Below the pieces are notes generated by a model that saw only the letters and a list, made by a program, of their open reading frames with translations, was not told where the DNA came from and searched no databases. The translations under genes and the position numbers were made by a program. From an uncultured Verrucomicrobia subdivision 3 bacterium (lineage in GTDB: Bacteria; Verrucomicrobiota; Verrucomicrobiia; Limisphaerales; UBA11358), in contig CAIOIC010000028.1 of the NCBI GenBank assembly GCA_903858275.1, positions 93,173-157,172 of the forward strand: 64,000 bases of DNA, given 5' to 3'. Position 1 is the first letter of the stretch; the number at the start of each line of letters is the position of its first letter. Positions 15,350 through 23,743 of this stretch are shown piece after piece.

Positions 15350-16026
15350 GCCGGCTCCTCCTCCCGCAGCGCAAAGCCAACGCCGCGCACCGTGTGGATG
15401 AGCGGCGGCCGGCTGGGCAGGTCGATTTTGCGGCGCAGCAATTTGATGTAAACATTCACAACATTGGTCTCGGAATCGAAATGCTGGTCCCAGACGTGCT
15501 CGATAATGGAGGTTTTGCTCACCGGCTTGGGCGAGGCGTTGATGAGAAATTCCAGCAGGGAAAATTCGCGCGGCGTCAGCTCGATCTTTTCCTCCCCGCG
15601 CTTGGCTTCGTGCGAGAGCAGATCCAGTTCCAGGTCGGCCACCCGGATGACGTTCGTCGTCTGCGGCCGCTGCCGCCGCAATACGGCGCGGAGCCGGGCG
15701 AGCAATTCCGCGATGGAAAAAGGTTTGGTCAGATAATCATCCGCGCCGGCATCCAGCCCGCGCACCTTGTCCTCGATGTCGTCGCGCGCCGTGAGGAAAA
15801 TGACCGGCGCGAGAATCTGCTTGCGCCGCAACAGCCGCACAACGGTGATGCCGTCCTTGTGCGGCATGCCGATGTCCAGCAGCAGCGCGTCATAGGTGTT
15901 CGATTCGGCCAGCCAGATCGCCTCGTCGCCATCATGGGCCACGTCCACCGCATAGCCCTCCGCCGCGAGCCCGGCCCGGACGTGCTCCGCTACTTTACGT
16001 TCATCTTCCGCTAGCAGGATGCGCAT
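15346..16026 (-). CDS. OmpR-family response regulator (CusR/heavy-metal type)
   Basis: The start is taken at the ATG at 16024-16026 (MRILLAEDE...). Receiver domain with DALLLDIGMP and ADDYLTKPF, plus a winged-helix C-terminus (IHTVRGVGF). 4-nt overlap with the kinase gene. Confidence 0.9.
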   Translation of the reverse strand: MRILLAEDERKVAEHVRAGLAAEGYAVDVAHDGDEAIWLAESNTYDALLLDIGMPHKDGITVVRLLRRKQILAPVIFLTARDDIEDKVRGLDAGADDYLTKPFSIAELLARLRAVLRRQRPQTTNVIRVADLELDLLSHEAKRGEEKIELTPREFSLLEFLINASPKPVSKTSIIEHVWDQHFDSETNVVNVYIKLLRRKIDLPSRPPLIHTVRGVGFALREEEPA

Positions 16027-16095
16027 GGATTTGTTAAGAACATAATCTGTGGCGGGGCAATTCACCATGGAAAAATGGAGCGTTGCCTGCTTCCC

Positions 16096-16135
16096 TGATT
16101 TCGGAGCGCGGGACTGTGTCCCGCCGCCTCTGGAA
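16096..16135 (+). repeat. Truncated third copy of the 110-nt repeat family (first hairpin only)
   Basis: GATTTCGGAGCGCGGGACTGTGTCCCGCCGCC aligns with GATTTGAAAACGGAGCGCGGGTCTGTGACCCGCAGCGG of the copies at 57250 and 58571. The stem GGGAC/GTCCC replaces GGGTC/GACCC. Confidence 0.6.
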
Positions 16136-16400
16136 AGTAGAAAAATGCGTGTAAAACCTTTGCGCCTTGGCGTGAGCCGGCCTTCCGGTTTCAGGGTTTC
16201 CGCTTTCTGCCTTTTGGATTTTTCCCTCGTCCCGACCGGCCTGCATTTTGGCCGGTTTCAGCGTAAAGCGGCGGTTAATGGTCTTGTGCGGAAAATAATC
16301 TTGTGGAAAAAGCCGCGCTCTCGGGAGTTGCGCGCGGGGCCGGAGTTTTCCGGTTCAGCCCCCGCCATTGAAACCAACCTGAAATAATTTCAAAAAGATG

Positions 16401-16428
16401 TTGCAATCAATTTTCAATTTGATATTTT
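16401..16428 (+). promoter_or_regulatory. Candidate sigma-70-type promoter for the rplB-led ribosomal operon
   Basis: TTGCAA (16401-16406), a 16-nt spacer, then TATTTT (16423-16428), about 125 nt upstream of the rplB ATG. Motif match only. Confidence 0.35.
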
Positions 16429-16555
16429 CCTCGCTCCTCGTCGTCCGTAAGGTCGGCTGGACAGCATGTTTGCGAACCGATAACTGATTCCCTCCTTGGG
16501 ACAGGATTGATGGCTCGCCAACTTCAAAAAGTTGCTGAAAAAAACTTTAGCTATT

Positions 16556-17410
16556 ATGCCCGTTAAAACATTTAGACCGCTGACGCCGTCCACGCGATAC
16601 ATCACCATCGCGGACTTTAGCGACATTACGAAGACGACGCCCGAGAAGTCGCTTGTGGAAATCCGCAAGAAGACCGGTGGCCGCAATATGTACGGCCGCG
16701 TCACCGCTCGCGGTATCGGCGGCGGTCACAAGCAGAAAATCCGCCTCGTCGATTTCAAGCGCAACAAGCATGGCGTCGAAGCCACGGTGTCCGCGATTGA
16801 ATACGATCCGATGCGCTCGGCGCGCCTGGCCCTCCTCGAATACAAGGACGGCGAGAAGCGCTACATCATCGCCCCGGTCGGCGTGACGGTGGGTCGCGTC
16901 ATTTCCAGCGGGCCGACGGCTCCGCCCGAAGTGGGCAACGCCCTCCCGCTCAAGTCGATTCCCGTCAGTTCGGCGATTCACAATTTGGAGCTGACCCCCG
17001 GCCGTGGCGGTCAGATCGTTCGTTCCGCCGGCGGCGCCGCGACGCTGATGTCGCGCGACGAAGGTTACGCGCAGATCCGCCTGCCTTCCGGTGAAATCCG
17101 CAAGGTCAACGAGGAATGCTATGCGACCATCGGTCAGGTCGGCAACACCGAGCACGAAAATGTGGTTTTGGGCAAGGCGGGGCGCACCCGTCATCGCGGT
17201 CATCGCGGTATCACCCGCGGTATGGCGCGCAACCCGGTGGACCATCCGAACGGCGGCGGTCAGGGTAAATCCAAGGGCGGCGGCGGCTGGCAGCAGCTCA
17301 TGTCCCCGTGGGGCAAGGTGGCCAAGGGTGGTAAAACCCGCGCCAAATATAAACAATCCAACCGTTTCATCGTGGTTCGCCGCAACGGGCTGCCGATCAA
17401 GACCAAGTAA
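16556..17410 (+). CDS. rplB: 50S ribosomal protein L2
   Basis: MPVKTFRPLTPSTRY start, with GGGHK, RNPVDHPNGGGQGK. Confidence 0.97.
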   Translation: MPVKTFRPLTPSTRYITIADFSDITKTTPEKSLVEIRKKTGGRNMYGRVTARGIGGGHKQKIRLVDFKRNKHGVEATVSAIEYDPMRSARLALLEYKDGEKRYIIAPVGVTVGRVISSGPTAPPEVGNALPLKSIPVSSAIHNLELTPGRGGQIVRSAGGAATLMSRDEGYAQIRLPSGEIRKVNEECYATIGQVGNTEHENVVLGKAGRTRHRGHRGITRGMARNPVDHPNGGGQGKSKGGGGWQQLMSPWGKVAKGGKTRAKYKQSNRFIVVRRNGLPIKTK

Positions 17411-17416
17411 AATTTT

Positions 17417-17698
17417 ATGGGACGTTCGATAAAAAAAGGTCCGTTTGTTGACGCTCGGCTGCTGGAAAAAGTCCAGAAAGCCAAAAGCGCCAACCAGAAG
17501 ACGCCGATTAAGACCTGGTCGCGCCGCTCGACGATTTCGCCGGAATTTGTCGGCCTGACGTTTGCGGTGCATAACGGCAAGGTGTTCAATCCGGTTTTTG
17601 TGACCGAAAACATGGTCGGTCACAAGCTGGGTGAATTTTCGCTGACGCGCACCTTCAAGAAACACGGTGCCCACACCGCCAAGGCGGAGGCCAAATAG
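17417..17698 (+). CDS. rpsS: 30S ribosomal protein S19
   Basis: [12 protein letters not shown]...[19 protein letters not shown]. Confidence 0.97.
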   Translation: MGRSIKKGPFVDARLLEKVQKAKSANQKTPIKTWSRRSTISPEFVGLTFAVHNGKVFNPVFVTENMVGHKLGEFSLTRTFKKHGAHTAKAEAK

Positions 17699-17703
17699 TT
17701 TTT

Positions 17704-18036
17704 ATGGAAGTTTTCGCCATTACCAAAAATATCCCGATGTCCGCGCAGAAGATGCGCGAAGTCGTCCGGCAGATCCAGGGCTTGCCGGCCTTGCAGGCCG
17801 AGCAGATTCTGGCCGTCGTGCCGCGCAAGGGCGCGCGCTTCGTCGCCAAGACGCTGCATTCGGCCATCGCCAATGCGGAGAACAACAACAAGCTGCGTCC
17901 CGAAACCTTGCGCATCAAGGAAGCGGTCGCCGGCACGGCCACGACGCTCAAGCGCTTTCAGCCGAAGGCGCGCGGCTCCGCCGGTCCGATCCTGAAGCGC
18001 CGTTGCCACATCAAAATCACTTTGTCCGACGAATAA
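17704..18036 (+). CDS. rplV: 50S ribosomal protein L22
   Basis: 110 aa, SAQKMREV...IANAENN...KRF.PKARG; conserved operon position. Confidence 0.95.
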   Translation: MEVFAITKNIPMSAQKMREVVRQIQGLPALQAEQILAVVPRKGARFVAKTLHSAIANAENNNKLRPETLRIKEAVAGTATTLKRFQPKARGSAGPILKRRCHIKITLSDE

Positions 18037-18037
18037 T

Positions 18038-18712
18038 ATGGGCCAAAAGACCAATCCAATCGGTTTGCGCGTCGCGGTCAACAAAGACTGGCGCTCGAAG
18101 TGGTATGCTGACAAAAAAGAATTCAGCAAGCTGCTCACGGAAGACCGCGAGATTCGCGATCTGCTCAAGAAGAAGCTGGAATCGGCCTCGGTGCCGCGCA
18201 TCTTGATCGAGCGCGCCACAAATCGCTGCCGTGTGACCATCATGACCGCCCGTCCCGGTGTCGTCATCGGTCGCAAAGGCTCGGAAATCGACAAGCTCAA
18301 GGAAGAATTGAGCAAGAAGACCGGCAAGGAAGTCTACGTGGACATCGTCGAAATCAAGCAGCCCGAACTCGATGCGCAGTTGGTCGCGGAAAACATCGCG
18401 TTGCAGCTCGAGCGCCGCGTTTCGTTCCGCCGTGCGATGAAGAAGGCGCTTCAGACCGCCAAAGATTTCGGTGCCGAAGGCATCAAGGTGCGTGCCGCCG
18501 GACGTTTGGGTGGCGCGGAGTTGGCCCGCGTGGAAATGTATCACTGGGGCCGGGTGCCGTTGCACACGCTCCGCGCGAACATTGACTACGGTTTCGCGGA
18601 AGCCAGGACGGTTTACGGCAAGCTGGGCATCAAGTGCTGGATTTGCAGGGGCGACAACAAACCGGCCAAGAAAGTCGAAAACAAACCCGAAGCGGCAACC
18701 GTCGCGAGTTAA
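18038..18712 (+). CDS. rpsC: 30S ribosomal protein S3
   Basis: [12 protein letters not shown]...KH domain...GRLGGAE.AR.E. Confidence 0.97.
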   Translation: MGQKTNPIGLRVAVNKDWRSKWYADKKEFSKLLTEDREIRDLLKKKLESASVPRILIERATNRCRVTIMTARPGVVIGRKGSEIDKLKEELSKKTGKEVYVDIVEIKQPELDAQLVAENIALQLERRVSFRRAMKKALQTAKDFGAEGIKVRAAGRLGGAELARVEMYHWGRVPLHTLRANIDYGFAEARTVYGKLGIKCWICRGDNKPAKKVENKPEAATVAS

Positions 18713-18734
18713 TTTTTAAGAAAGTATTTTTGTT

Positions 18735-19157
18735 ATGGCAATGCAGCCGGATAAAGTAAAATATCGCAAAATGCACCGCGGCAGCCGCACGGGCATGGCG
18801 ATGACGGGCAACACCGTCGCGTTTGGCGAATATGGTTTGATGGCGCTGGAGCGCTGCTGGATGGACGGCAAGCAGCTGGAAGCCTGTCGCGTTGCCATCA
18901 CGCGCCACATGAAGCGCAAGGGCAAGATGTGGATCCGGGTGTTTCCGCAGAAGTCCTACACCAAGAAGCCGCTGGAAACGCGCATGGGTAAGGGCAAGGC
19001 GCCCCTCGAAGGCTGGGTGGCTGTCGTGCGCCCGGCGAACATTTTGTTTGAAGTGGACGGCGTCACCGAAGCCGAAGCGCGTGAATCCATGCGCTTGGCG
19101 GCGACGAAATTGCCGATCAAAACCAAGTTTATTTCACGTCATCAACACGTGAGCTGA
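18735..19157 (+). CDS. rplP: 50S ribosomal protein L16
   Basis: [14 protein letters not shown]...RMGKGKG..E.WVAVV.PG. Confidence 0.97.
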   Translation: MAMQPDKVKYRKMHRGSRTGMAMTGNTVAFGEYGLMALERCWMDGKQLEACRVAITRHMKRKGKMWIRVFPQKSYTKKPLETRMGKGKAPLEGWVAVVRPANILFEVDGVTEAEARESMRLAATKLPIKTKFISRHQHVS

Positions 19158-19161
19158 GACC

Positions 19162-19362
19162 ATGAAATTTGCTGAAATTAAAGACCTGACGCTGGCGGAA
19201 TTGGCGGCCAAGAGCCGCGACCTCCGGCATGAGATGTTCAACCTGCGCCTGCAACAGGCGAGCGCGCAGTTGGAGAAACCGGCACGCCTGCGCACGCTGC
19301 GCAAGGACATCGCCCGCGTCGAAACCCGTATTTCGGCCTTGAGCAACAAGGCGGCTAAATAA
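19162..19362 (+). CDS. rpmC: 50S ribosomal protein L29
   Basis: 66 aa, L..EL.....LR.E.FNLR.Q pattern; operon position. Confidence 0.93.
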   Translation: MKFAEIKDLTLAELAAKSRDLRHEMFNLRLQQASAQLEKPARLRTLRKDIARVETRISALSNKAAK

Positions 19363-19368
19363 TTTTGT

Positions 19369-19665
19369 ATGGCTGAAGCAACCAATAACGTGGCGGCCAC
19401 CGGCAAGCGCAAGCAGCGCGTCGGCGAAGTCGTCTCGAACAAGATGACCAAGACGATTGTGGTGCGCGTGGAACGCCGTTTCCCGCATCCGCAATACAAG
19501 AAGATCGTGACGTCCTATAAAAAGTTTTACGCGCACGACGAAAAGGCCGAGGCCAAGATGGGCGACACGGTGTGCATCGAGGAATCGCGCCCGTTGTCCA
19601 AGCTTAAGCGCTGGACGCTCATCAAGGTGGTTGAGCGCGCCCAGGAAACCGCAGTCGCAGCCTGA
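19369..19665 (+). CDS. rpsQ: 30S ribosomal protein S17
   Basis: [17 protein letters not shown]...HP.YKK......K..AHDE. Confidence 0.95.
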   Translation: MAEATNNVAATGKRKQRVGEVVSNKMTKTIVVRVERRFPHPQYKKIVTSYKKFYAHDEKAEAKMGDTVCIEESRPLSKLKRWTLIKVVERAQETAVAA

Positions 19666-19674
19666 TAAAAGATT

Positions 19675-20040
19675 ATGTTGCAAATTCGTTCCAGTTTGGA
19701 TGTGGCGGACAACACCGGTGCCAAGGTGGCTTGGAACATCGGCGTGTTGGGTCGCAACCAGCGTTATGCCGGCATCGGCGACGTCATCAAGGTCCACATC
19801 AAGGAAGCCGCCCCGGATGGTTCGGTGAAAAAAGGCGAAGTGCATGATGCCGTCATCGTCCGCACCCGCCAGATCACCCGCCGCTCGGATGGTTCCTACC
19901 TGCGCTTTGACCGCAATGCCTGCGTCATCATCGACAAGGAAATGAATCCCAAAGGCACCCGCATTTTCGGCCCGGTCGCCCGCGAATTGCGCGAAAAGAA
20001 GTTCATGAAAATCATTTCACTCGCGCCCGAAGTCATTTGA
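19675..20040 (+). CDS. rplN: 50S ribosomal protein L14
   Basis: [15 protein letters not shown]... Confidence 0.97.
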   Translation: MLQIRSSLDVADNTGAKVAWNIGVLGRNQRYAGIGDVIKVHIKEAAPDGSVKKGEVHDAVIVRTRQITRRSDGSYLRFDRNACVIIDKEMNPKGTRIFGPVARELREKKFMKIISLAPEVI

Positions 20041-20045
20041 AGGTT

Positions 20046-20285
20046 ATGTCAAAATTTCATGTTAAAAAAGGTGACCAGGTCACCGTTATCGCCGGCAAGG
20101 AAAAAGGCAAAAGCGGCAAGATTATCCATGTGCTGACGGAACAGCAGCGCGTCATTGTCGAGGGTTTGCAGATGGTCAAGAAGCACGTCAAGAAGAGCCA
20201 GCAGAACCCGAATGGCGCGATTCTTGACCGCGAAGGATCGATCCACATCTCGAATGTCAAAAAAGCGGAGGCGGTTGCCGCGTAA
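20046..20285 (+). CDS. rplX: 50S ribosomal protein L24
   Basis: [26 protein letters not shown]. The track ORF starts at TTG 20037, but ATG 20046 is preferred. Confidence 0.93.
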   Translation: MSKFHVKKGDQVTVIAGKEKGKSGKIIHVLTEQQRVIVEGLQMVKKHVKKSQQNPNGAILDREGSIHISNVKKAEAVAA

Positions 20286-20319
20286 GCAATTGGTCACGGC
20301 CAATTCCGTGAGCTGAAAA

Positions 20320-20862
20320 ATGAAAGCCAGACTTTACAAAAAATATACCGACGAAGTGGTGCCGGCCCTGAAGACCAAGCACAACTTCAAGAACATCCAT
20401 CAGATTCCGAAGTTCGTTAAGATCGTCGTGAACATGGGTGTCAGCGCCTCCAACGAAAAGGGCGCCATTGAAGATGCGGCCAAGGATTTGAGCCAGCTGA
20501 CCGGCCGCAAGCCCGTCATCAGCAAGTCAAAGAAGGATGTGGCCAATTTCAAGCTCCGCAAAAACCAGCCCATCGGCTGCCGCGTGACGCTGCGGGGCGA
20601 CGCGATGTTTGAGTTTTTTGACCGCCTGGTGGCGGTTTCGCTGCCCCGGATCCGCGACTTCCGCGGTTTGTCCCCGCGCAAGTTTGACGGCCGCGGCAAC
20701 TACACGTTCGGCGTGCCGGACCAGACCATTTTCCCGGAAATTGAATTGGAAAAAATCAAGCGCCAGCAGGGCATGGATATCACGATTGTGACGACGGCGG
20801 TGACCGACGAGCAGGCGCGTGATTTGCTGAAATTCATGGGTTTTCCGTTCGCAGAAAAATAA
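20320..20862 (+). CDS. rplE: 50S ribosomal protein L5
   Basis: 180 aa, typical L5 blocks (PK..KIV.NMG, FRG...FDGRGNY.FG...Q..FPE). Confidence 0.97.
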   Translation: MKARLYKKYTDEVVPALKTKHNFKNIHQIPKFVKIVVNMGVSASNEKGAIEDAAKDLSQLTGRKPVISKSKKDVANFKLRKNQPIGCRVTLRGDAMFEFFDRLVAVSLPRIRDFRGLSPRKFDGRGNYTFGVPDQTIFPEIELEKIKRQQGMDITIVTTAVTDEQARDLLKFMGFPFAEK

Positions 20863-20868
20863 TTTGTT

Positions 20869-21138
20869 ATGGCCAAGAAATCCTGGATTGAGCGAAACAA
20901 TCGCAAAAAAGCAACCGTCAAGAAATTCGCCGCGATTCGCGCCGAGTTGAAGGCCAAGCGCGACTACGCCGGTCTGGCGAAGCTGCCGCGCGATGCCAGC
21001 CCGACGCGCGTGGTGAACCGTTGCGCGATGAGCGGCCGTCGCCGCGGCTTTTGGCGCAAGTTCGGCGTGTCGCGCCTGACGTTCCGCGAAGCGGCCTTGA
21101 ACGGCCTGATTCCCGGGGTGACGAAGGCCAGTTGGTAA
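20869..21138 (+). CDS. rpsN: 30S ribosomal protein S14 (long, non-zinc form)
   Basis: 89 aa, MAKKS.IERN.....V.K....R..L, ends [10 protein letters not shown]. No CxxC pairs. Confidence 0.95.
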   Translation: MAKKSWIERNNRKKATVKKFAAIRAELKAKRDYAGLAKLPRDASPTRVVNRCAMSGRRRGFWRKFGVSRLTFREAALNGLIPGVTKASW

Positions 21139-21212
21139 AAATTTAATCGTGCTGGCTGTCGGTTCCGCACTGGGGTTGGAGCCGAAACGCAGGACGAAAA
21201 CAAAAAGAAAAA

Positions 21213-21599
21213 ATGAGCGATCCGATTTCCGACCTGTTGACGCGCATCCGCAATGCGGGTGCCGCGCAATTGCCCGTGGTGAACCTGCCGCATTCCCGCA
21301 TCAAGGAAAGCGTGGCGAAACTGCTGAAACAGCAGGGTTATGTCGCCGACGTTTCCGTTGCCGGCGATACCAAGAAGACCCTCACAATCGGCCTGAAATT
21401 TAACGGCAAGAAGAGTGTCATTGAAGGCCTTAAGCGCGTCAGCAAGCCCGGTTTGCGCCGCTATGTGGGTTCCACGGAAATTCCTCGCGTGCGCGGCGGA
21501 CTGGGCGTGGCGATTATCTCAACCTCGGAAGGTCTGTTGACCGACCAGCAGGCGCGCAAGAAAAACCTCGGCGGAGAATTACTCTGCTACATTTGGTAA
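21213..21599 (+). CDS. rpsH: 30S ribosomal protein S8
   Basis: MSDPISDLLTRIRNA.... Confidence 0.97.
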   Translation: MSDPISDLLTRIRNAGAAQLPVVNLPHSRIKESVAKLLKQQGYVADVSVAGDTKKTLTIGLKFNGKKSVIEGLKRVSKPGLRRYVGSTEIPRVRGGLGVAIISTSEGLLTDQQARKKNLGGELLCYIW

Positions 21600-21613
21600 C
21601 CATTTTTTAAGTT

Positions 21614-22150
21614 ATGTCTCGTATTGGAAAACAGCCGATTGCCATTCCCGCCCAGGTAAAGGTGGAAGTGAAGGGGCAGAACATCAAAGTTGAGGGGCCG
21701 AAAGGCAAGCTCAACTGGGAATTGCCCGCCCGCACCAGCCTCAAGGTGGAAGGCGACAAGATTGTCGTGAGCCGCGCGGGTGACGATGCGCAGTCCAAGG
21801 CGCTGCACGGCTTGAGCCGCGCGCTGGTCAATAACATGGTCAAGGGCGTTTCCGAAGGCTACGTCAAGAAGCTCGAAATTCAGGGCGTCGGTTTCAAGGC
21901 GGCCGTCGCCGGCAAAATTGTGAATCTGGCGCTCGGCTATTCGCACCCGATTAATTACAGCATTCCCGACCAGATCAAGGTCACCGTCGAGGAAAATACC
22001 AAGATTACGATTGAAGGGCCGGACAAGATGATGGTGGGCAAGGTGGCCTCGGAAATCCGCGCCTACTATCCGCCGGAGCCTTACAAGGGCAAGGGCGTCC
22101 GTTACGCCGGCGAACACGTCCAGCGCAAGGAAGGCAAGACGGTCCAATAA
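21614..22150 (+). CDS. rplF: 50S ribosomal protein L6
   Basis: MSRIGKQPI.IP..V.V......VEGPKG. Confidence 0.97.
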   Translation: MSRIGKQPIAIPAQVKVEVKGQNIKVEGPKGKLNWELPARTSLKVEGDKIVVSRAGDDAQSKALHGLSRALVNNMVKGVSEGYVKKLEIQGVGFKAAVAGKIVNLALGYSHPINYSIPDQIKVTVEENTKITIEGPDKMMVGKVASEIRAYYPPEPYKGKGVRYAGEHVQRKEGKTVQ

Positions 22151-22188
22151 TAATTTTAGTTCACGGCCAAGACCGTGGACCCACTGAG

Positions 22189-22554
22189 ATGAGAACCGAA
22201 AAAAAAATCAAGTTGAAGCAGCTCCGCCGCTGGCGCATTCGCAAGAAAGTCACCGGCACGTCCGCGCGCCCGCGCATGAGCGTCTGCTTCACGAACGAAA
22301 ATATTCATGTCCAGTTCATTGACGACGTTGCCAGCCAGACGCTGGCGGCGGTTTCGACGGTGAGCAAAAGTACGCCTAACCGCGAGCAGCTCGCGGCCAA
22401 CGTGACCAGCGCCAAGACGGTGGGTGCGCTCGCGGCCAAGGCGGCGATGGACAAGGGCATCAAGGCTGTGGTGTTTGACCGCGGCGGCAACCGTTTTAAC
22501 GGCAAGGTCAAGGCGCTGGCGGATGCCGCGCGTGAAGCCGGACTGCAATTTTAA
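22189..22554 (+). CDS. rplR: 50S ribosomal protein L18
   Basis: 121 aa, R.R.S...S...I..Q.IDD....TLA..S, FDRGG..F.G.V.A.AD.AREAGL.F. Confidence 0.96.
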   Translation: MRTEKKIKLKQLRRWRIRKKVTGTSARPRMSVCFTNENIHVQFIDDVASQTLAAVSTVSKSTPNREQLAANVTSAKTVGALAAKAAMDKGIKAVVFDRGGNRFNGKVKALADAAREAGLQF

Positions 22555-22574
22555 CCTGAACCGGAGAATTTATC

Positions 22575-23246
22575 GTGGCTGAAACTGAAAACATTCCTAG
22601 TGGCGAACAACAACCGCAGCCGGTGACGCAAGCGCCGGTCCCGGCGCCGGAAGCCAAGCGTGATTTCCGCGACCAGCGCGGCGGCCAGCGCGGCCGTGGC
22701 GGTCGTCCGGGTGGGCGCCGCCCGTCGGACGACAAAGGCGGCGATGACCTCGCGGAAAAGGTGGTCTTCATCAACCGCTCCTCGAAAGTCGTCAAAGGCG
22801 GACGCCGTTTCAAATTCAGCGCCCTCGTGGTGGTCGGCGACAAGAAGGGCCGCGTCGGCATTGCGCTCGGCAAGGCGTCGGAAGTGGCCGATGCCATCAA
22901 GCGCGGCGGCGAGCTCGCCCGCGCCAAGATGCAGTCGGTGTCGTTGAAAGACGCGACAATCCCGCACGAAATTTATACCGCCTACGGCGGCGCCAGGATT
23001 CTGTTGCGCCCCGCCTCGCCCGGCACGGGCATCATCGCCGGCAAGACGGTTCGCGCCGTTTTGGAATCCGCCGGGGTGAAGGACATTTTGACGAAATCGC
23101 TCGGCTCCAAGAACGCGGCGAACGTCGTGAAAGCCACCCTCAATGGATTGCTGTCTCTGCGCACCCGCGAGCAGATTTATCAGGGCCGTGGTTTGGAAAT
23201 TAAAAAAGTATCGGCCGCGAAGGCGCCTGAAGCGGTGGCGGCTTAA
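22575..23246 (+). CDS. rpsE: 30S ribosomal protein S5 with a low-complexity N-terminal extension of about 57 aa
   Basis: GTG start. The core reads EKVVFINRSSKVVKGGRRF.F.ALVVVGD..G.VG.G.GKA. The N-terminal Gln/Pro/Gly/Arg-rich segment is absent from typical S5 of about 165 aa. Confidence 0.95.
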   Translation: MAETENIPSGEQQPQPVTQAPVPAPEAKRDFRDQRGGQRGRGGRPGGRRPSDDKGGDDLAEKVVFINRSSKVVKGGRRFKFSALVVVGDKKGRVGIALGKASEVADAIKRGGELARAKMQSVSLKDATIPHEIYTAYGGARILLRPASPGTGIIAGKTVRAVLESAGVKDILTKSLGSKNAANVVKATLNGLLSLRTREQIYQGRGLEIKKVSAAKAPEAVAA

Positions 23247-23257
23247 CTTGAATTTTT

Positions 23258-23731
23258 ATGCGACTGCACAATCTTAAACCCCGTCCCGGATCCAAACACC
23301 GTCGCAAACGGCTTGGTCAGGGCGAATCCAGCGGCCGCGGCAAAACCGCCGGTCGCGGTGGCAAAGGCCAGACTGCGCGCTCCGGCAGCAGCATCCGTAT
23401 CGGTTTCGAAGGCGGTCAGATGCCGCTCATGCGCCGTATCCCGAAACGCGGTTTCAATAACGCCCAGTTCACCACGGCTTACAGCCCGGTGAATGTCGCC
23501 GATTTGAACCAGTTTGAAAACGGCGCCCGGGTGGACGAAACCGCCTTGCGTTCGGTTGGCTTGGCTAACGGTCCCCTGCTGGGCGTCAAGATTCTCGGCA
23601 CCGGCGAACTCACCAAAAAATTGACGGTGGTCGTCAGCGCCATTAGCGCCTCGGCCAAAACGAAGATCGAGGCCCGGGGCGGCTCGGTGGAAATCGTTGT
23701 CAAAAAATCTTCGGCTCCGGCCAAGAAATAA
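23258..23731 (+). CDS. rplO: 50S ribosomal protein L15
   Basis: MRLHNLKP.PGS...RKR.G.G..SG.GKT.GRG.KGQ. Confidence 0.96.
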   Translation: MRLHNLKPRPGSKHRRKRLGQGESSGRGKTAGRGGKGQTARSGSSIRIGFEGGQMPLMRRIPKRGFNNAQFTTAYSPVNVADLNQFENGARVDETALRSVGLANGPLLGVKILGTGELTKKLTVVVSAISASAKTKIEARGGSVEIVVKKSSAPAKK

Positions 23732-23743
23732 TTCGGCTGAAGC

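Noticed and set aside
16049-16387. 112-aa plus-strand ORF upstream of rplB, considered as a possible hidden rplW (L23)
   Set aside because: The translation has no L23-like sequence. It spans REP-like repeat fragments and has a Pro/Arg/Ser-rich composition.
16547-17674. 375-aa minus-strand ORF
   Set aside because: It is antisense to rplB and rpsS, whose identities are unambiguous.
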